IMG/VR virus record: IMGVR_UViG_3300048599_000246
Location: 1 to 62,475 of that record
Reading direction: 5' to 3' (one strand)
Length of the DNA: 62,475 nucleotides
Source: a virus
Taxonomy: Duplodnaviria > Caudoviricetes
The notes beneath the pieces were generated by a model. The model had not been told where the DNA came from, searched no databases, and worked only from the letters and a program-made list of their open reading frames with translations. The translations under genes were made by a program, and so were the position numbers. Within the stretch, counting starts at the first letter, position 1. Every line of letters starts with the position of its first letter. Positions 47,284 through 56,643 of this stretch are shown here, piece by piece.

Positions 47284-48426
47284 TCAGTAGATGATGCGGA
47301 AACCCTTACGAGCGTCCAGCGTCTTGACCCCGTACAGCATGTCGAGGCTGACGTAGGAGCGCTTGTCCTTGCCGGAATACCAGACGGCGGCACGGACGCC
47401 GATGCCGTTGTAGTTCATCACGGAGACTGCGGCGCCGGGGAAGCCCGGAGTGCGCAAAGGCCGCGAAACCAGCGCGAAGCACTGGCTATGGAACGCCAGG
47501 CAGTTCTTGTGGCTGGCGGTAATCACCACAGGGTCATCGACGGCGTACCCGCTCGCGGGAACTTCCGGAGCGATGGTCACGGGCGCGAGCGTGCCCGCGT
47601 CGGCCGTGGCGCCCGTCACGATGACGTGCGGGTTGCCCTTGATGGTGATGAGGTCACCGGGCACCAGGGTAAGGCCCTGAGTGATGCCCTTGATGACGAC
47701 GGCCTGCTGGCCCGCGTCATGTGCGGTGGAACTGTAGGCGACGGCGGCGTTGATCTTGGCCGCGGCGGCCCCGGCAGCGGTCCCGGCGGTGTGGTCGGGC
47801 AGCATGTCGGCGTAGAAATACGTCTGGCCGAACTTGTCGCGCAGTTCGCCGGTGTTCTGCTGGCTGGCGTCGCCGGACACATACGCCTGGTAGAACACCT
47901 GGTTGAAGTAGTTATCAGCCTGGGCGCTCAGACCGACGTAGCGGCCGGTGCGGGGAATCATCAACTCGTTGAACTTCTGGCGAACGTCGGTGCCGATCTT
48001 CGCCACGTCGTTCAACGCGGTGCCGGGCGCGCCGAGGCGGTTGTACAAATCGCCGTACAGGCCCATGAGGGACGTTTCCACGTCCTCGGCCATCGCCTCA
48101 CCGGCGTTCGGCAGAAACTCCTCGTAGACCCGTTTAATGGTCATCGAGTCGTCTTTGTCGCCGATCTCGAAGGTGATGCCCTTCCATTTGTCCATCTTCA
48201 CCGCGACGTTGCGGGCCTTCGGCTTCTGAGAGGCGAAGTTATCGGGGTTCACGTCGTCGGCGGCGAATTTCTCCGTGATACGCGTATTGACGGTATCGCC
48301 GGAGTTCGCGACCACGTTGTCGAAGTCGCGGTAGACGAGCCCGGTCATGGTCAACCGGGGCCAAAGCTGAAGCAAAGTCTCCTGAGCCCAGAATTCGGGC
48401 TTATAGACATCCAGAATATCGGCCAT
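47284..48426 (-). CDS. Major capsid protein (P22 gp5-like HK97 fold)
   Basis: LVYRDFD...GDTV; LAFH...FALVSRPL; LDMLYGVKTLD. Confidence 0.88.
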   Translation of the reverse strand: MADILDVYKPEFWAQETLLQLWPRLTMTGLVYRDFDNVVANSGDTVNTRITEKFAADDVNPDNFASQKPKARNVAVKMDKWKGITFEIGDKDDSMTIKRVYEEFLPNAGEAMAEDVETSLMGLYGDLYNRLGAPGTALNDVAKIGTDVRQKFNELMIPRTGRYVGLSAQADNYFNQVFYQAYVSGDASQQNTGELRDKFGQTYFYADMLPDHTAGTAAGAAAAKINAAVAYSSTAHDAGQQAVVIKGITQGLTLVPGDLITIKGNPHVIVTGATADAGTLAPVTIAPEVPASGYAVDDPVVITASHKNCLAFHSQCFALVSRPLRTPGFPGAAVSVMNYNGIGVRAAVWYSGKDKRSYVSLDMLYGVKTLDARKGFRIIY

Positions 48427-48563
48427 TGAAGGCCTCCGAGAGTGGTGTTACGCGGACGTATCCGGTGCAGCCTTAACCCCGGCCGTGAGGGTGCAGCGTG
48501 GGAGTTTCAAACGGGCCGGTCCCGCTGTAAACCGACCCGATTTGAGGGGACTACGAGCGCTGG

Positions 48564-49370
48564 TTAGTGCTCGTAGTCGCGAACGTACTCGCCGCTCTTA
48601 AACTTCTCGGCGTTCTTCGCGTACCAACCCATGTCCTGCCACTGCGCGCGCGGGATCAGCGTAGCGCCGGTCTTCGTGCGCGGGCCGCCGCCTTGCGGCG
48701 TGCCACTTCCGGCCTGGCCTTGGGGTTTCACCAGTTCGGGATTCTCTGCGAGGAACTGTTTGATGAAATCGGCAAGCGGAGTTTCAACGTCGTTGCCGTA
48801 CTTGTCTTTCGAAGCAATAACGTAGCCGCCGCCTTCCTTCGCGCTCACGACGCCCATCAGGTGAACGTAATCACGCGAGGGTTTCACGGCGCCGGCATCG
48901 GCGAGCGCGGTTTTGATCGCGTCGGCCTTCGCCTGCGTGGCGGCCCTTTCGGCGTTGTCGCGAGCTTCTTTGTCCTTGGCGTCGAGGGCCTTCCGGACCT
49001 TCGCGAGTTCGTCGGTGAGCTTTGCTACCTGCGGGTCCGGCTTCGGCTCGCCGCCGGCCTGGGGCTCCGGCTTCTGCGGCGCGGCAGCTTTGACGGCGTA
49101 CTTGCCGTCCTCGCCCTTCGCGAGCAGGCCGATTTCGACCAGCGTGTCGAGCGAGAGCGTGCGTTTGCTGATATCGGTAACCGTGCTTTCTATACCGCGG
49201 AGCTTCGCGGCCGTCTTACCGAACGTCTCGACATCGACAAACTTCGTCGGGTCGAAGGCCGGAGGTTTGTCGCCTTCGCCTGCATCACCGCCAGCGTCAC
49301 CGGCGGCGCCCGCGCGCGGCGCAGAATACGTGACAGCCCGAGCGGGCGAGTGAGTCTCGAAACGAAACAT
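48564..49370 (-). CDS. Capsid scaffolding protein
   Basis: Coiled-coil, FL.ENP.L.K..G..GSGT; upstream of the capsid gene. Confidence 0.75.
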   Translation of the reverse strand: MFRFETHSPARAVTYSAPRAGAAGDAGGDAGEGDKPPAFDPTKFVDVETFGKTAAKLRGIESTVTDISKRTLSLDTLVEIGLLAKGEDGKYAVKAAAPQKPEPQAGGEPKPDPQVAKLTDELAKVRKALDAKDKEARDNAERAATQAKADAIKTALADAGAVKPSRDYVHLMGVVSAKEGGGYVIASKDKYGNDVETPLADFIKQFLAENPELVKPQGQAGSGTPQGGGPRTKTGATLIPRAQWQDMGWYAKNAEKFKSGEYVRDYEH

Positions 49371-49399
49371 GCGTTCTCCTTGAGGAGTGGTTTTGACTA

Positions 49400-50047
49400 C
49401 TAAAAAAGTTGTTTGACGACGTTGTCCAGGATCAGCCCTTCGATCATCGCCGTGACCGGCGGAACATCGGAACTGGGCGCGAGAGCGAACCAGGGCGAAC
49501 GTTCCTGGTTACCCATCGCCTTCAGCATTTCCTGTTCGCGTGTGAAACCGAGGTCGATGTATGCCGGCGCGCTGGCTACGATGGTCATAGCGCCAAGCAT
49601 TCGACCGGATAATTCGAGGTCGCGCTGGCCGCTCTTACCGAGCGACTGTTTGTAGGCAGCCCAGTTCGAGAACTTCAACGACTTGCCGGAAGCGGTGCGC
49701 CCTGCGACGAGCCCGGAGGAACCAGGAAGGCCCTGCACCTTCGAGCGCTTGCCACCAATGATGAGCACGCCCCGGTCGCGCATCTTGCGGAGGTCGCGCG
49801 CCGTGAATACCTCGCGGCCGTGGAATGATGATTTCGTTCGACCGCGGCCTGTGACTGGAACGTAGATCGGCCCGCGCGGCGAATACGGCGGCATGGAGTT
49901 CCCCCCGGAGCCGGTATGTTGCTCTGTCACGCGCTTGTAGATCCGCGCGATAGCGAGCCCGCCCACCTGCTTGCGCTGTGCGGCGTTGAGGCCGAAGCGC
50001 GGGACGCGGACCTTACCAGGACCGATGATTCGAGAGCCGCCCATCAT
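49400..50047 (-). CDS. Virion morphogenesis (neck) protein
   Basis: MPPYS...DLELSGRML...R.WF.L. Confidence 0.6.
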   Translation of the reverse strand: MMGGSRIIGPGKVRVPRFGLNAAQRKQVGGLAIARIYKRVTEQHTGSGGNSMPPYSPRGPIYVPVTGRGRTKSSFHGREVFTARDLRKMRDRGVLIIGGKRSKVQGLPGSSGLVAGRTASGKSLKFSNWAAYKQSLGKSGQRDLELSGRMLGAMTIVASAPAYIDLGFTREQEMLKAMGNQERSPWFALAPSSDVPPVTAMIEGLILDNVVKQLF

Positions 50048-50266
50048 GCCTCGCGGAAGATGAGACGCGCTTCGAAACCGTGCCGGATGAAAAGCGAACT
50101 CACCGAAGCGCGGACGAAGCGGGGCAAGGGGAGTAGGAGACAGAGCGCTGGCGACAACCACCAGGCGCTACGCGTCGTCTGCACGATGATGCGCTTCCCG
50201 TTTTCATCCGTCCCCTCATTGAGCGCGCCAAGGTCGAGGTCAAGTTCGTTGAAGTTTCCGAGGCAA

Positions 50267-51031
50267 CTATCCTTCGTCATCTGGGCTCCAAACGTGGCGG
50301 CAGTTCCAACCGCCGCCGTAGTACAGCACGGGGAGATCCGTCCCGTTACTCATGCCCTCGATCTCCGGGACGGTGAACACCTTCCCGACGTGCGCGGCGC
50401 AGAACGGGCGGTTCTTGATATCGTGCGGGCCGCGGTATAGAAGGCTCCGAACGCCCGCGGCGGTCCACATCTGGACGTTCACGCGGCGGTCGTAACTGAC
50501 GAGCGCGGTGTCCGCATACGTCGCGGCGTAGTTTTTGAAACGGCCTTCAAGCTGACCGCCTATGGCGTCGATCATGTCGGCGCGGCTCTCGCCGGCCAAC
50601 GTGTTCATCACGACGCCGTGGGCGATCTCTTGTACGGCGCGATTCCCGATATCCTCCAGGCACGAGTAGTCCGCTTCGCGGAGGGAGACGAGCGCCTTTT
50701 CGTCAAGCTTCGACAGGCGCTGCGGTTTGAGGTCGAGTTCGTCAAGAACGGCGGTCGCCCGGTCGAAGGCATCGTCGTACTTGCCGATGAAACTATCCAC
50801 CAGGTCGTCATACCCAAGGCGGTTCAATTGCCCCCGGACCTGGTTTGAGACGTACCGTATGTTCGAGAGCTTCTGAGGTGCATCGTCGCCGGGCGTCGAA
50901 ACGAGGTTCGTCAGGTCCCGGCGCCAGTTCATGGCGATATCCTGGAGGCCGGAGCGGAAACCTTGAGTAGCGGCGTCCGTGGCGTCGATACCCTTATCGG
51001 ACAGGTCTTTTAGACGGTTTCTTCGCATCAC
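50267..51031 (-). CDS. Head morphogenesis/minor capsid protein (SPP1 gp7-like)
   Basis: Y.GP.D.KNRPFC...GGWNCRH.W. Confidence 0.75.
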   Translation of the reverse strand: MMRRNRLKDLSDKGIDATDAATQGFRSGLQDIAMNWRRDLTNLVSTPGDDAPQKLSNIRYVSNQVRGQLNRLGYDDLVDSFIGKYDDAFDRATAVLDELDLKPQRLSKLDEKALVSLREADYSCLEDIGNRAVQEIAHGVVMNTLAGESRADMIDAIGGQLEGRFKNYAATYADTALVSYDRRVNVQMWTAAGVRSLLYRGPHDIKNRPFCAAHVGKVFTVPEIEGMSNGTDLPVLYYGGGWNCRHVWSPDDEG

Positions 51032-51197
51032 CGAACACCGAATGGAAAATTAGTTGTCGTTCTTCCCACATCTGGCGGCAGCGTTTGCAGTTCGCGCGCG
51101 GGGCGCGCGCCGCGGTGTACTTGGGGTGCAAGTCGCATCCGGCGTTGATGTCTCGAAACAGCCGGAGCCGATCCGCGTTTGATAATTTGTCGCTCAT
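50994..51197 (-). CDS. Small Cys-containing hypothetical protein
   Basis: CDLHPKY...CKRC. Confidence 0.5.
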   Translation of the reverse strand: MSDKLSNADRLRLFRDINAGCDLHPKYTAARAPRANCKRCRQMWEERQLIFHSVFGDAKKPSKRPVR

Positions 51198-51673
51198 CGT
51201 TTCTTGCCAGGCCCCGGCGAGATGATCCCAGAGGCGTACAATCGGGCGTAAATCTGGGTACAGAGGTTCCCGACGACGTAGCAGGCATCCTCTTCGGCTT
51301 TGCCCACGGAAGCGCGCCGTAGATCATCTTTGGTCCGGCGGTTCGGGTTTAACCCTTTGCGACGGAGCCATTCAAACGCGGCGTGTGCTACTTCATGGCT
51401 CACGTAATTGACGGAGAGCCCGCGGCGGTGCAACAGGATCATGCCAGCTTCGGGTTTGGTACGCCCGCCGCGCGTCGTGGGGCGCCAGAGCGTATAGGTG
51501 TGGCACAGCCCTTGCGCGTGTGACACGCCCGCGACGCCCTCAGCGCGTGCTCTCGCTCGAAGCTCGCGAGCGGTACTGAAGACGATCACCCGGTAGTAGA
51601 GCCCGCCCCGATGCCGCGGGTTCGGGTAGGCGCGGAACTCCATGAGCGGGCGTGGCTCAGAACGGGACATCAT
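51194..51673 (-). CDS. Hypothetical protein with an HExxH motif
   Basis: SHEVAHA...EE. Confidence 0.55.
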   Translation of the reverse strand: MMSRSEPRPLMEFRAYPNPRHRGGLYYRVIVFSTARELRARARAEGVAGVSHAQGLCHTYTLWRPTTRGGRTKPEAGMILLHRRGLSVNYVSHEVAHAAFEWLRRKGLNPNRRTKDDLRRASVGKAEEDACYVVGNLCTQIYARLYASGIISPGPGKKR

Positions 51674-52085
51674 CGTCTACCAGCCCGGCTGGCGTACTGT
51701 CTCGTTCGCGCGCGGGCGCGGGCGCGTCCTCTGTCGATTCGCCGCTTTGTTCCCGGCCGCCGCCCAACAGAATCACGTTCTCGGCTACGATCTCAGTCAC
51801 GTACCGTTTGCTGCCGTCCTTGGCGTCATACTGGCGCGTCTGCAAACGGCCCTCGACGTGGACCTGCTTCCCCTTCGTCAGGTACTCGGCCAATTTCTCG
51901 GAGCGCCAGAGTGTGACGCGGTGCCAGTCCGTCTCCGTCTTCCACTCGCCGGACGATTTGTCTTTCCAGGACCGATCGGTAGCGACGGAAAACGTCGTGC
52001 AGGCGGCCCCGCCCTGCGTGAATTTCGTTTCGGCGTCCTTGCCGAGACGGCCCACCAGGAAAACCTTGTTGACGCTACGAGCCAT
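51657..52085 (-). CDS. ssb: Single-stranded DNA-binding protein
   Basis: SVNKVFLVGRLGKD, TDWHRV, VEGRLQTR, C-terminal DDDVPF. Confidence 0.95.
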   Translation of the reverse strand: MARSVNKVFLVGRLGKDAETKFTQGGAACTTFSVATDRSWKDKSSGEWKTETDWHRVTLWRSEKLAEYLTKGKQVHVEGRLQTRQYDAKDGSKRYVTEIVAENVILLGGGREQSGESTEDAPAPARERDSTPAGLVDDDVPF

Positions 52086-52289
52086 CTACGCCTCCCCTCC
52101 GTGCTTCGGGCCGCTGCCGTCGCGCATACGCAGGTACATCAAGAGAGCGCCGCTGAAGTTGCCAGCGATACCGGAATAGAGCACGTACAATTTCTCGTTG
52201 GTTGGCAGCAGTAGTGCTACGGCCAGGACCAAGAGCGAGTAGAGGATCAGGCCCCCGGCCATCAGGTACACCTGTTCGCGTTCGTTCAT
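52086..52289 (-). CDS. Putative holin (2 TM)
   Basis: 67 aa, two TM segments, adjacent to the endolysin. Confidence 0.55.
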   Translation of the reverse strand: MNEREQVYLMAGGLILYSLLVLAVALLLPTNEKLYVLYSGIAGNFSGALLMYLRMRDGSGPKHGGEA

Positions 52290-52780
52290 GACTTCTCCAC
52301 TCGTACCAGCCAGCCGGCCATGTCGTCGCCGTACAACGCCGGGTTGCTGGCGGCAAGTTCGTGATATTTGGCCTTGAGGGCGTTCTTGTAGAGCGGGATG
52401 ATGGCGCCCCCGAAGCGATTCGTGGCGCTGATCGTCAGAGGCCCCACGTTGCCGTCGATGCGAACGCCGAGCGTGCGCTGTAGGATCCGAATGGCGGTAG
52501 GCGCGCCCATGTTCACGGCGGCAATCAGCACTACCTCGGCGGTGTGCTGGTCGTCAAGATCAGAGAGCGAAAGCGGCTCCCAGAAATGCGTCAAATACAG
52601 CGCCGCGGCGCGGTCGCGCGAGAGGTTCCGGATGTACTCGACATCGGCGTCAACGCCGATAGCGTGCAGAAACGTCTGTGTGATGCCCCAATTGACGGCG
52701 CCGTTCTTGTTGTCCTTCGGCGCGAAACCTTTCTCAAAATGGTCCAGCAGCCGGTCTATGGCCGGCCTCGATTCTGCCAT
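52286..52780 (-). CDS. Endolysin, glycoside hydrolase family 108 with PG-binding_3
   Basis: EKGF..KD..GAVNWGIT, AVNMG, LQR.LGV.IDG.VGP.T, GWLVR. Confidence 0.85.
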   Translation of the reverse strand: MAESRPAIDRLLDHFEKGFAPKDNKNGAVNWGITQTFLHAIGVDADVEYIRNLSRDRAAALYLTHFWEPLSLSDLDDQHTAEVVLIAAVNMGAPTAIRILQRTLGVRIDGNVGPLTISATNRFGGAIIPLYKNALKAKYHELAASNPALYGDDMAGWLVRVEKS

Positions 52781-52802
52781 AGTGTTCTATCTCTCCAGTT
52801 GT

Positions 52803-53645
52803 TCAGAAAGCCCAGGTGAACTTGAAAACCGCGAATACCTTTTGCGAGATGATTTGAAGCGCGTGGGCGCGTTTGCGCCAGGGCTGAAGCGCGATGTCCA
52901 CGGACTCAGTGGAGCCCTCGACGTGCGCAAGCGTCTTCTTGATGTTCGGGTCTTCGAGTAAGGCGGCCAGGTCCGCGATAGCGCGGTTCCACTGGTCGAA
53001 AGTCTCGCGGGCCTTGGGCGAGTCCGCTTTGATTTCGTTGTCCAACGTGACGGAGAGCGCGTCAACATGCGCGAGCAGCGAAGCCAGCGGCTTCAACGCT
53101 GCGTTACTCGAATCCGTCAGCGAGTGCAGGTCGGTGGTCATCCCTTTGACCAGCCCCCGCGCATCCCCAAGCAATCCGTTCGCCTGGGGGAGTAGTCCAG
53201 AAATCGTTTCGCACTTGATCTCGTGCGTACCGCCGGGAAGCAGGCGGCCGGTCGGTTTGCAATTCGCAAGACCGCCCAGGAGTTGAATCCGGGTGTCCAT
53301 CACGGTCTGCGTGGCCTGATTCAAAAGCACCGTGAGCGCGTCGCCGTTCGCTGTCGTGTTATCGCTCTGCGCCTCGATTTCGGTGTTGATCTTGTCGAGC
53401 ACAGCGTTGACGCGAACCAGCGACCCATCGACATGCGCCAGAACGTCGTTCGTGTGGTTGACCGCTACCAACGATTTCGTGGTCAGAGGCCCGAGCGCCC
53501 GGCTGATCCGCTCCGGCTGCGCGGCGAGCACTACGCAGAGAACGGCGAAGGCCACGGCCGCGACGGCAACGCAGTAGTTCCGCACGATGCGAGCGCCCGC
53601 CGTCAAGCGGAAGACGGCGGGCAAACTCAGGCGTATGTGGTCCAT
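52803..53645 (-). CDS. TM-anchored coiled-coil protein (spanin/MlaD-like)
   Basis: N-terminal TM plus long helical repeats; lysis context. Confidence 0.5.
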   Translation of the reverse strand: MDHIRLSLPAVFRLTAGARIVRNYCVAVAAVAFAVLCVVLAAQPERISRALGPLTTKSLVAVNHTNDVLAHVDGSLVRVNAVLDKINTEIEAQSDNTTANGDALTVLLNQATQTVMDTRIQLLGGLANCKPTGRLLPGGTHEIKCETISGLLPQANGLLGDARGLVKGMTTDLHSLTDSSNAALKPLASLLAHVDALSVTLDNEIKADSPKARETFDQWNRAIADLAALLEDPNIKKTLAHVEGSTESVDIALQPWRKRAHALQIISQKVFAVFKFTWAF

Positions 53646-53670
53646 TGCTGTAGTGGGGGCCTCTGTCGGA

Positions 53671-54441
53671 TCAGGCGACCTTGCGGATAACCCAGAAATC
53701 GGAAGCAAGGCCGGGGTTCATCAAGTACGCCCAGGGCATCGCGAAGTAGCCTTTGATGCCCCAATCGGTGCCCCAACTATTCGCGAGAATCGCGTAGTTG
53801 GCGGGCATGTCGGGCAGAGCGTCGTCAGCGTAGCCGATCACGCGAACGCAATGGCCGCCGAGCGAATGTTCCTTACTCGGATCGGGGAACGGAACGATGC
53901 CCGACTTCGCGACCGTCTCGGACTCGAACGAATCGTAGACGGTGAAGCCGATCACGATGTCGAAATGCTGCGCGAGCAGCGTCTTCATGACGGCCTTGTC
54001 GCGCGGGACGCGCTCATACTGGATCGCCAGTGAAGACTTTGCATCGGCGTAGCAGTTGGCCGGCGGTCGAACCGTGAATTTGCCGATGTCGTAGGGCCAG
54101 TCGCTCTCGGGAGCACAGCCCCATCGTGCAACGGACTTGACGCCATCGCGGATCGTGGCGCCCACGTCGTAGTTGACGGCGCCCGTCATGCGGCGCGCGT
54201 TGTAATACGCCATCAGGCGGGACAGTTGGACGAACGGCTCGCCGTTCCGGATGTTGCCGAGTTCGAGCGAAGCCGTTACACCGTGGCCGACGCAGGAGCC
54301 CAGGTTCCCCTGGTCTTGGATCGGCGGTTGAGTGGCGCGCGGATCGACAACGCGAGGAAGCGCTTCCGCGGCGCGGGCCGGGACCGCGCACCTGCGGTCC
54401 CGGAAATCGCGAAGGTCAGGAATGCACCCGTAGCGTCGCAA
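53671..54441 (-). CDS. Papain-like C1 family cysteine peptidase
   Basis: DQGNLGSC, GGHCV..IGY, NSWGTDWG..GYF. Confidence 0.92.
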   Translation of the reverse strand: MRRYGCIPDLRDFRDRRCAVPARAAEALPRVVDPRATQPPIQDQGNLGSCVGHGVTASLELGNIRNGEPFVQLSRLMAYYNARRMTGAVNYDVGATIRDGVKSVARWGCAPESDWPYDIGKFTVRPPANCYADAKSSLAIQYERVPRDKAVMKTLLAQHFDIVIGFTVYDSFESETVAKSGIVPFPDPSKEHSLGGHCVRVIGYADDALPDMPANYAILANSWGTDWGIKGYFAMPWAYLMNPGLASDFWVIRKVA

Positions 54442-54444
54442 CGA

Positions 54445-54984
54445 TTACCTCCGCGACAAAACGAGCAGACTGTTCGCTGCCGTCTGCGACGCGTGCGACA
54501 ACGTGCTGCGCTCAGTCGGTGAGAACGTCGTGGGCACCTTGACGGTGTACGTTGGCGCGCCGCCGCGAACCGCCTTCGCGTTCAATTTGAATTGCGACAG
54601 GAAACTCGTTACAGCGCCAGATACAGCGCTCACGGCGGTAGCGACCGCCTGCGGAGTGCCGGCCGGCAGATTGGGAGCGACGGCGACGGCGAAATAGCCG
54701 ACGATCTTCGACGCCTTGACCTGCGTTACATCGGTAGTCTGGAGTTCGGCGCCCGTTTGAATCACGGCGGTATTGACCGATTGCAGGTAGCCGACGATGG
54801 CCGTCTGCGTTGCGGCGTCCAGGGGCACGGCGCCGGTCGCGAAGATGATCGGCACAGCGACGGCGGCGACGTTCGCCACGGTGTCCAGAGAGTTGACGAC
54901 TTCGGCTGTCGAACAGCCGATCAGAGTAAAGGAAATCACCAGCGCGAGCGCGACGGTGAAATACTTCCGTATTGTGCGAGTCAT
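54445..54984 (-). CDS. Lipoprotein
   Basis: Signal peptide with lipobox LIGC. Confidence 0.65.
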   Translation of the reverse strand: MTRTIRKYFTVALALVISFTLIGCSTAEVVNSLDTVANVAAVAVPIIFATGAVPLDAATQTAIVGYLQSVNTAVIQTGAELQTTDVTQVKASKIVGYFAVAVAPNLPAGTPQAVATAVSAVSGAVTSFLSQFKLNAKAVRGGAPTYTVKVPTTFSPTERSTLSHASQTAANSLLVLSRR

Positions 54985-55074
54985 AGAGTTTGGTCCTAAG
55001 GGCCGGGGAAGGAGATTGAGGAACCCCGGCCCGGCGCGCGCCCGGAGGAGAGAGAGAACGGGCACGCGAACTTG

Positions 55075-56625
55075 TTAAACGATGCCCGGTTGTTCAGCGG
55101 GCAGCGCGGGCTGTCGCGTCGCGGAATCCTTGACGAGAGCGGGATCTGCAGGCGGCGCGGAGCCCATCGAAGGTTCGGGCGCGACGCCGTACTTCTTCAA
55201 CTCGGCGTCAATCGTTTTCTGAACGTCTCCAGGAAGAGAGGGCAATTTCTTCGCGATGATCCGGCGAAGGACTTCACGGCAGACAGTCGGCGGGCAACCG
55301 GCGGTCTGGAGCGAGAGCAAATCTTCGATGTCATCGGTGACCGTCGAGAGATCGTACTTCGTGCCGTACTGGACGGAACCGTTGAACTCGGTGCCCTGCC
55401 ATAGCGCGGCGAATGTGAGGGCGCTCTTGACGGTCTCCTGCTCGTAGAGCGCCATCTGGCCCATGATCTTGTCAGCCTCGTAGAAGTCCCACGCCTTCGA
55501 GACGCCGGATTCTGACTTCGTATCCTGCGTCATGATGGGCGACGCCTTCAGCCCCATGTGCTTGTTGGCGAGTTGTACGAGGCGGTAGAAAGCGTCCCAT
55601 CCGGCCTCAAACGGCGCGGTATTCGGCGTGACGTAACTGAACTCCTCTTTGTCTTCGGGGTTCAGATGGAGGCAGACGGACACGCCGACGCCTACTTCTT
55701 TCGGTTCTTTGGTCGACTTCAGAACCGGGACGGCGAACATCTGTTTTTCGATGGCCTGGTCGAAGTCGGAAACCCAGTTTGTCAGGAGTTGTTGAATGCG
55801 GGCGGCGTCTTTGATGAGCGATTCGCCCTCAAATGGCCGAAGTCGTTTGTGGTAGAGGGGGATGATCGGGACGACTCCCAGTTTGTTCTCGCCCGCGTTT
55901 GCCTGCGCCCACTTGCCATCGGCGCCCTTGCGGTACGTCGCCCAAGTCGAGCGCGACCAGTAACGCAGTTCTTCAGTCACATGCGGGTTCTCTGTCGAGT
56001 CCAATAACGAACCGGCGACTTCGAGTTGCACACGGAAGAGGATTTCAAGCGGCTGGCCGAGCGGGTCAAGTCTCCAGTTAAGCAAGTCTTCCGGAAGGAT
56101 CTCGACAACGTAAGGCCGGATGCCCTGACGCTGCACGTCTGCCTGCGTGGTGATCGTGTCCGTCGCCTGCGGCGAGTCTACAAACAGATACGTCACACCG
56201 CGGACGGTCGCATGTTGGCGCGTACCGGAGAGGAACTGAACCAGGCTCTGCCCCTGACGGTCGCAGTCATCAAGGAACGGTTCCAATCCGGGCGCGTTCA
56301 CCATGATGTTTTCCTGCTTCCCTACGGTCGCGCAGTAGAGGTCCACAACCGGCGCAACGATGTTGATTGTGACAGCGCGCGCGAGGCGGTGCAGGTAGGC
56401 GTCCTCCGGCTCAAGAGGGAACCGCTGTACGTAACTGCCGGCCCCGCCGTAGCGTTGTGAGCCGCTTTGCGGCGCGGCGCCGCCTGGGAGCCCCATCGCG
56501 GACAGCAGGGGGTTCGCCTTCAGCGGATACGACGGGCCGCCCGCGTAGTGATCGGCGTAGTATTGCCATTTCGCCTGATTCTCGCGATAGATCGGGTGCC
56601 GTTCATCAAAGGGGGTCGTAGCCAT
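55075..56625 (-). CDS. Portal protein
   Basis: Follows TerL; HP.Y, Y..RL.RA...N, ESGVSK..DF. Confidence 0.85.
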   Translation of the reverse strand: MATTPFDERHPIYRENQAKWQYYADHYAGGPSYPLKANPLLSAMGLPGGAAPQSGSQRYGGAGSYVQRFPLEPEDAYLHRLARAVTINIVAPVVDLYCATVGKQENIMVNAPGLEPFLDDCDRQGQSLVQFLSGTRQHATVRGVTYLFVDSPQATDTITTQADVQRQGIRPYVVEILPEDLLNWRLDPLGQPLEILFRVQLEVAGSLLDSTENPHVTEELRYWSRSTWATYRKGADGKWAQANAGENKLGVVPIIPLYHKRLRPFEGESLIKDAARIQQLLTNWVSDFDQAIEKQMFAVPVLKSTKEPKEVGVGVSVCLHLNPEDKEEFSYVTPNTAPFEAGWDAFYRLVQLANKHMGLKASPIMTQDTKSESGVSKAWDFYEADKIMGQMALYEQETVKSALTFAALWQGTEFNGSVQYGTKYDLSTVTDDIEDLLSLQTAGCPPTVCREVLRRIIAKKLPSLPGDVQKTIDAELKKYGVAPEPSMGSAPPADPALVKDSATRQPALPAEQPGIV

Positions 56626-56643
56626 GAGTCCTCAGGAATTCGT

